A stretch of DNA of 64,000 nucleotides, from NCBI GenBank assembly GCA_964016885.1, contig OZ024742.1, forward strand, positions 182,528,001 to 182,592,000, given 5' to 3'. The position numbers and the translations under genes were made by a program. Source of the DNA: Eledone cirrhosa. Taxonomy: Eukaryota. Under the pieces are notes generated by a model, which did no database searches, had not been told where the DNA came from, and saw nothing but the letters and a program-made list of their open reading frames with translations. Below, one piece after another: positions 56,472 to 64,000 of the stretch; position 1 is the stretch's first letter, and each line of letters starts with the position of its first letter.

Positions 56472-57010
56472 ATTTTATTGATTAAGCAGATTATGTCAGG
56501 ATTGTGTCATTGACCAAAACCTTTTGTTTCAGGTTGCTCTAATCTAGTCAGCTAGAAAAAAAATAGTTGTGTCTGTAATACGAATGGTCAGTCTTGTGAC
56601 ACACTGTGTTAGGATGAATTTTCTTGAGAATTATATTAATTATACTGGTGCATGTGCATTGCTCTGTCAGTTGAAGGTAATTCCACGTGCAGACTGTTCC
56701 ATTGTTTCAAACAACTAAAGCACTCATCGTCGAAAGAGACAGGGGTCCAACACATGTCAAAATTTGAAAGTTACAAGGCCCCTAATTCGGCATCTTACAG
56801 TCATTTAACGGTTACTGATCTATCACTTACTGATCTATATTGAAAGTATGCTAGTACTAGAGTTCAGCGACAATGGAGTCTTTAAAATAATTTCTCTAAA
56901 GGATTATACGATTTTATTATTCTATAATCAGAATTGTCTCCATTATTCTTAAATAACAATGTGCGTGTGTGTCTGTGTGTGTGCGCGCGCGTGTTTGTAC
57001 ACAGACACAG

Positions 57011-57046
<36 letters not shown>

Positions 57047-57089
57047 GTATACGCACATATATATATATATTTGTATACGTATATATACG

Positions 57090-57121
<32 letters not shown>

Positions 57122-57883
57122 CACGTGTTGGTGTTTGTGTGTATATATATATACATGTCTATGAGTACGTTTGAGTTTGGCTGTGTTTGTCCCGTAACAT
57201 AGGACTTCGATGCAAAACGGATCGATAAAAGAAGTAACAAATTTGGAAAGAAAAATTATTTGTTGATATGCTTGACTAAATTACAGTGTTACCCCATCAT
57301 GGCCACAGTCTAATGATTAAAACCAGTAAAAGAATAAAAGAAATAAAATAAACAGCCAACAAAGACAAAGTAACTAAAAGCTAGCAGTTTTGTTTCTGAT
57401 TGGCTGACTTCTGTCGAAGACATTCCAATCACTGATTGCCTCATTGCTCTGACCTGATCTATTGAGAAAGGCGAGGCCGACACTTAAAACTGGTTTCTTG
57501 GTTAACAACGGATTGAGTGAGGAGGACCAGTGAGTGAAGGCGAGTGAAGATGAGTGTCTGCTGGAGGAGAATGTATTAGTGAGTGACTTATCTGACATTA
57601 CTGAAATCGGTCAGCTGCAAGTAATCGGCGTAGTTAGTATCGACAGAAGCACTTACATACATAGAAACATATATACATATATACAATCATACATATATAT
57701 ATATATATATATATCTGTGTGTGTGTGTGTGAGTGTGTGTGAGTGTATATATGTGTATAATGTATATATATATATATATGTATATACACATGTATATATG
57801 ATTCCATTCCAAGCATGTTCCTCTATGTTCTCTCTCTCCTCCCTCTCTCTCTCTAACTCTCTCTCTCTCTGTATACACATACG

Positions 57884-57958
<75 letters not shown>

Positions 57959-58473
57959 CTGTCTATTTAGCTAACTATTGATCTATCTGTTTTCTGTTTG
58001 TCTACTTATACAAATCCCTCCCATATTTGACATTTGTTTCAACCAGTCTCTCCCCCCTCTCTCCCCACCCCTACTCTCTCTTTGCATATATATATATATA
58101 TATCTTAACCTATATATCTTCCTCGGCGGTATTGCTTTCTTTTTGTTTTCTCTATCCCAGCACCTCTTTCACTCGGATGATGATGTTGTTCCAATTGTCT
58201 CTCTTTAAATACGGCAGGATCGGTTGACCGAAATTAGAGTATATATGCCGTTATCCGCGCCAAACATTTCATAGCGATCTGTCTGCTGCGCTTTTCTCGG
58301 TGAACTATCGATTATTGCTAATCACAAAGAAATAGCAAGGAGAGAAGTGATTTAGGAAAATATAGAGAGGTACGAATATGTAGCAAGAGGGCAGAGAAGG
58401 AGAGAGATGTGATAGATTGGGGGAGGATGTAGGAGAAAGACAGGTAGATCGATGGATCGATGGGGAGAGAGAG

Positions 58474-58620
<147 letters not shown>

Positions 58621-58745
58621 AAGGGATACAAATATTATACTCATAGTTGTACGCAAGTGATATTGTGTAAAGTGATGTCTAACTAGCGAGTGTTTTAACA
58701 AAGCGCTATGTTACAGTCACGTGGTGTGAAAGAGAAGACGTAATA

Positions 58746-58799
<54 letters not shown>

Positions 58800-58882
58800 G
58801 TGAGAGAGGGAGAACGAGAGCGAGAGCGATTGATATCTATCTATGTATATATATATCTATATATATATATATATATCTACAC

Positions 58883-58977
<95 letters not shown>

Positions 58978-59974
58978 GGGGTGGAGTAAAAGCAGAGAAT
59001 GTTTGTGAGATGAAAACCACTCGTCTTTTCAATCACCCGCCCACCTAGCAACGAGCCTACCTACCCCTCTCTTCTACTCACTTTCGTTTTCGCGATAATC
59101 CCGCCATCAATAGGCGGAACACTTTGTGAAGGATAATCTCTGGATAGATTATAAACTTCGTCCAAATCTTAAATCCCAATCGATCAATTCAGTTAATCAG
59201 TCGTGCGAGCAATTGCAAGTTCAATGTGGCATAAGAGAATTGTTGTTAAATGTTGGCATGTGGCCGCCTACCTTACAACGTTACATCCTATCAGATCTAA
59301 CACGAGAACTTATTCACGGTGACCTCATCATTATCCTTGTCCTCCTTCCCCCCCCCCTCCTCCTCCTCCTCATCATCATCATCATCATCATCGTTATCAT
59401 TATTATCAACGTCATTATCATTATTACATCACAATTAATTAGAAGTAGAAAGACAGAAGCACAATTACAGTGGTGAATACAAATTACCGTTGAGTGTACG
59501 GTAGACGAGATATTTCCAAATTACAAACTATCTAAAATGCTCAACATTATTCCTTTTCAAATTCTATCCTCTGATCTCTGGGTCATTGTATACAATGTGA
59601 TCTCATAAAAGATACTGATTTATTCTGACATATTCTTACCTTTCTTTATCTGCTTCAAACTAGGTCCTCAAACATCCTCTACAACTGTGATACAGTATTA
59701 ACTTGCTCCCAAAAGTCCAATGAATAACCCAACAGTTGCTCATCTTTGTTATTGTTTAGAATCTGGTCAAACCTCATTGAACAAACCAAGGATCAAAGGC
59801 CTTTCCAACCCTAATAATCCCATTTGTTTTAGGACTACATGACTACATTATATAATGTATTCTTCATGTTGTTTTAAACCATTCATGATCGTATTTCTAA
59901 TGAGATACCCTCTGTTTCAATGAATTAACGAAGGTTTTTGAGAGATTTATTAAAAGTGTTTTTTTATTTCATTA

Positions 59975-60075
<101 letters not shown>

Positions 60076-60225
60076 AGTGTAACTTGGAGTTACTGTAGGT
60101 TCACCCGGGTGAGCACTCGATGTTTAAGTTCACTTCAGTGTCGAGGTGTAGAGCTAGACAGAGTGTATTATAGTGAAATAAGATAATACGGACGATTGGT
60201 TACTCCTTCATTACGTTTATTGGTT

Positions 60226-60310
60226 GGTGACGCGCGTTTCGCCACTGACCAGCTCAAGGTTCGATCTGTATCGATCTGACCTGACTCTGTAATCCGCGGC
60301 TCGTCAGACC
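60226..60310 (-). ncRNA. Type I hammerhead with ~60-nt stem II (family C), fully canonical core
   Basis: Reverse complement GGT-CTGACGA-GCCGC...GTGGC-GAAA-CGCGCG-TC-ACC, then AATAAA; GUC cleavage triplet. Confidence 0.85.
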
Positions 60311-60344
60311 CCTTGTATGTATGTATGTGTGTGTGTGTGTATAC

Positions 60345-60422
<78 letters not shown>

Positions 60423-60697
60423 GAGAGAGGGATGGGGGAGAAAGGTGTTCTAGTTAAAAATTAAGAGTGAACCCATTGATAATACTCATACCTAATTTCT
60501 ATTACCTTATTATATAATAGAAAAATACTAAAATTTAAAGTGTATGCTGCCCACTAAAATGATGTCCCACAACGCTAATTAAGTACATATCCATCTGTGC
60601 TGTCGATAATGCCAGCTAATGTGTTAATATAACATTTTTTACATTGAAGACAGTAGAAAGTGCATCTAGATGTCTACGGCTGGAGAGAAGTTACCAT

Positions 60698-60888
60698 TAA
60701 TTGTTTCTACGTTAGGCACAAGGCCAGCAATTAACCAGTGCATTACTAGTACTTTATTTTATCGACCCCGTAAGGATGAAAGGCAAAGTTACCCTCGGCG
60801 GGATTTGAACTCAGAATGGCAAGGGCCGTAACTCTATACGTCAAAGTATGGCGTCCGACCCTCTCCCAATACTGCCAATTCACCGCCC
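60698..60888 (-). mobile_element. tRNA/Nin-domain SINE with a TSD
   Basis: GAGAAGTTACC(A)TTAAT on both sides (~60685-60701 and ~60890-60905). Confidence 0.92.
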
Positions 60889-61362
60889 TGAGAAGTTACC
60901 TTAATGTCAGTATTATATATACCACATGATCACAGGCTGAAGTTTGATCAATATCTATTGGGTTATCTGTGTGAAACTGTATGTTATAAAACCGTCTGAA
61001 ACACACATACAACACTAATGATTTATCTAAGGTTTAGTTTTCCTGGATGAATGAAGGTCTTGAACTTAAGTTTATCAAAACAATTTAAAGATTGTTATAA
61101 AAAATTTAATTAAAATTAAGTATACTCTATGAGGGTACCGTTCTCATAACACCAACAAATGTATGAATTACATCTTGTTTGCATCGGAGAACAATTGAAA
61201 TAATTATAATGAATAAACAATGTATGTAACATTAGTATCTTTCTATATATATATATATAATATATATATATAATATATATATATATATATAATATATATA
61301 TATATAATATATATAATATATATATATAATATATATATATATATATAATATATATATATATA

Positions 61363-61434
<72 letters not shown>

Positions 61435-61510
61435 GAGTGAGAGAAAGGAGAAAAAGAGAGAAAGAGACAGCCAGACAGTCAGATAGTTAGATAGCTAGAT
61501 AAATAAATAA

Positions 61511-61567
<57 letters not shown>

Positions 61568-64000
61568 CATGTGCTATCTATTATTCATGGAAATCTAAGG
61601 TTCTTTTAGTGAAAAACATGTTTTGTATCTATATAGTAGTGTTGTTTCCTGCATTAATGCACTTCGTGCCTTAGATATATAAATGAATGTAAATAAAAGT
61701 CTTATTCTATTCCTTCATGTTTATGAGACACAGCTGGAAAAGAGAGTACATATATGCTACGTGTAGCCTACTTCAATTAAATGTTGTTGTTTTTTATAAT
61801 TTTTAAAATCGCATGCTCTTGCTTAACCCTTCTGTTTCCATATTTCTAATAACATGGCTTGCAACCAGCAAAATAATTTTGCACAGACTTAAACATTTAG
61901 AGAGATTTTGTGATGTAACTAACTTTTCCATTTCAAAGCTTTGGATTCGAGCAGAACTTAACCAGCGTTCTTATATACACCTCCGAGGGAAAAGGTTTTA
62001 TAAAAATATAAAACACTTTAATACACGGCTTTGTATCGTAGAACCGGACTCGGGGTGCTTTTAGGCGCGTTCATGCTACGAAGAATATATCATATCTTAG
62101 CTTTATTTGGAATGTTGAAGTTCTTCTTTATGTCCATATTGTTATGTTTAATATTACCAATTATTTCTAACTATTTCATAAAGCTGGTATGGAGGCACAG
62201 TTGAATAAATGGACTAAAGTACTTGACTGATATTTATCTTATTGACCGGGAGAGAACATGAACTATCATAAGACTTTTGTCAGGTACTCAACTGATACTG
62301 CACTTCCCTGTCCTTTTGTCATAGATACAATACACGTACTAGCCAAGGGATGAAGAAGTTTATTTTGCAAATATGATGACCCAGGTTTGGCCAACCTATG
62401 TAGCATCTGGTGTAGGTTTCCTCATCATAGCCATGTCAGTGAAATTGGGTAGACGAAAACTGTCAAAACAAGTCGGATGGATTATATCTTTAACTCAAAA
62501 GTCAAGCCTTGTGTTACGCTTATTTTACTTGGGAATTGCCTTAAAGGTACACGAGACTGCGGAAGATTCAGCTATTTGCACGTCCATTCACTCCTCCTCC
62601 TCCCGCTACGTAAAATTGCTGCTCTAGCTAGAAATGCTAGTTAGATCATTTATATCAGCGAGAAAATATCCTTCATTTATCATGAGAATGAGTACACTAG
62701 AGGGTTACTAAGTGCGGAATGATAATTTGATAACATATTATCTGTTCTACAGCTGGTTCTAAAGTCACATACCTTACGTGGGAGAATAGAGATAAAGTAT
62801 AGTGTTGGGAAATAAATTTTAGCAATCCAATAGATGTTAGGGTAATAAATAAGTGCAATATCAATAGACGTGAATCAGGATTGAAATCGTGCTTACAGTC
62901 TCAGCTTCTATTTCGTTGTGTGTTCCTCGGTAAAGTACTCATAAGAAGGAGGTAGAGAGTGAGATAGAGGACATGAGAAACAAATATACAGGAAGAATCA
63001 ATCCCAGTACTGGTACTTAATTTATCGAACAATGAAAGGCAAAGTTCATCTCAATGGTTTTTGATCCCAGAGCGCAGAGAGCCGGAACAAATACCGCAAA
63101 GCATCCTGTCCAAAGTTCTAATGACTTTGCCACTTTTCCGCTTGTCACATGTTTCTACTGAAAGCTATTTGTCTTCAGCATCTGTCTTTTAATATATTTA
63201 ACGTACTTCTCTCCTCATACGGAGAGGTGGAAATCAAAGTTGATCCTCTGCGGATTCCGTACGTATATATACGTAAATAACTACCGCAAGTCATTTTGAA
63301 ATTTACTTTAATCCATAGATCTCTTATACTGACAAATATAAAGACATATAGGAACTTGCTTCTGAAGTAACATGCTTATGTCTAGTGATGTAGAAACGTT
63401 CGAAATTGTCTCCCTTACTTGTTTGACCGCTAATCCTCAATATTAAGCCTAACCAACAATTAAGCACTACTGCAGTTATTTCTGATGTTTAGCATCGTTG
63501 GAAATAAAGTTCTTAGTTTATTGCTTTCAGAGAAGCATACCTAATATATTTGAATCAATCCAAATAAGAGTTTCTTTACAAATAAATCTTTTGCAATATT
63601 AAAGCCAATGCTTCTTTGTCAGTTTGTTGCGCTGGGATAAAGCAGAGTTCTTTCCATGCTCAGTACAACAAAGGCGTAACAATATAACATAATATCAATG
63701 TAAAGAAATAACAAAGCAGCGGTGCTCCAGCATGGACTTAATGGTGATCTCTAATTTAAGGTAAAGAACGTTGCTCTCTGTAAAAACACCCCACCCACAA
63801 AAAAAAGAAGGAAATGCAAGTAAACAAAACCCAAACAGTTGGCGAGCATTGTAACAACGACTGGGTATCAATTAATATTAGGTAAGCCAAGTGGAATGAA
63901 CTGTTTTCACAGTGGGGAATCCTGTAAATAGATGACTTACTGTATAGTCCCCAGAGAAAAGCCACCGTGCAAGAACAATACAAGCATCCCTGTGGATAGA

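Overview
AT-rich, microsatellite-saturated eukaryotic intronic/intergenic DNA. The SINE families and repeat landscape are most consistent with an octopus (coleoid cephalopod) genome; this is inferred from repeat style, not from a search. Almost all ORFs in the track are microsatellite translations, and no complete host gene is visible; one candidate signal-peptide exon lies at 12573-12657 (-). Recognisable TEs are about 14 young tRNA/Nin-domain SINEs, a second SINE family, RTE-derived non-autonomous elements, relics of CR1, RTE, CRE, Ty3/gypsy and Penelope-like (PLE) elements, and a non-autonomous Helitron. The main hidden signal is about 20 intact or decayed type I hammerhead ribozyme (HHR) motifs: stem I - CUGANGA - stem II - GAAA - palindromic stem III - UH - stem I', often followed by AATAAA. 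They sit in short elements of several families whose 3' ends nearly always abut (TA)n tracts. These include a tandem ~324-nt retrozyme-like unit, head-to-head palindromic copies, and copies whose 5' ends fold back at variable points. Together they suggest a (TA)n-targeting, ribozyme-carrying, non-autonomous PLE/retrozyme system.
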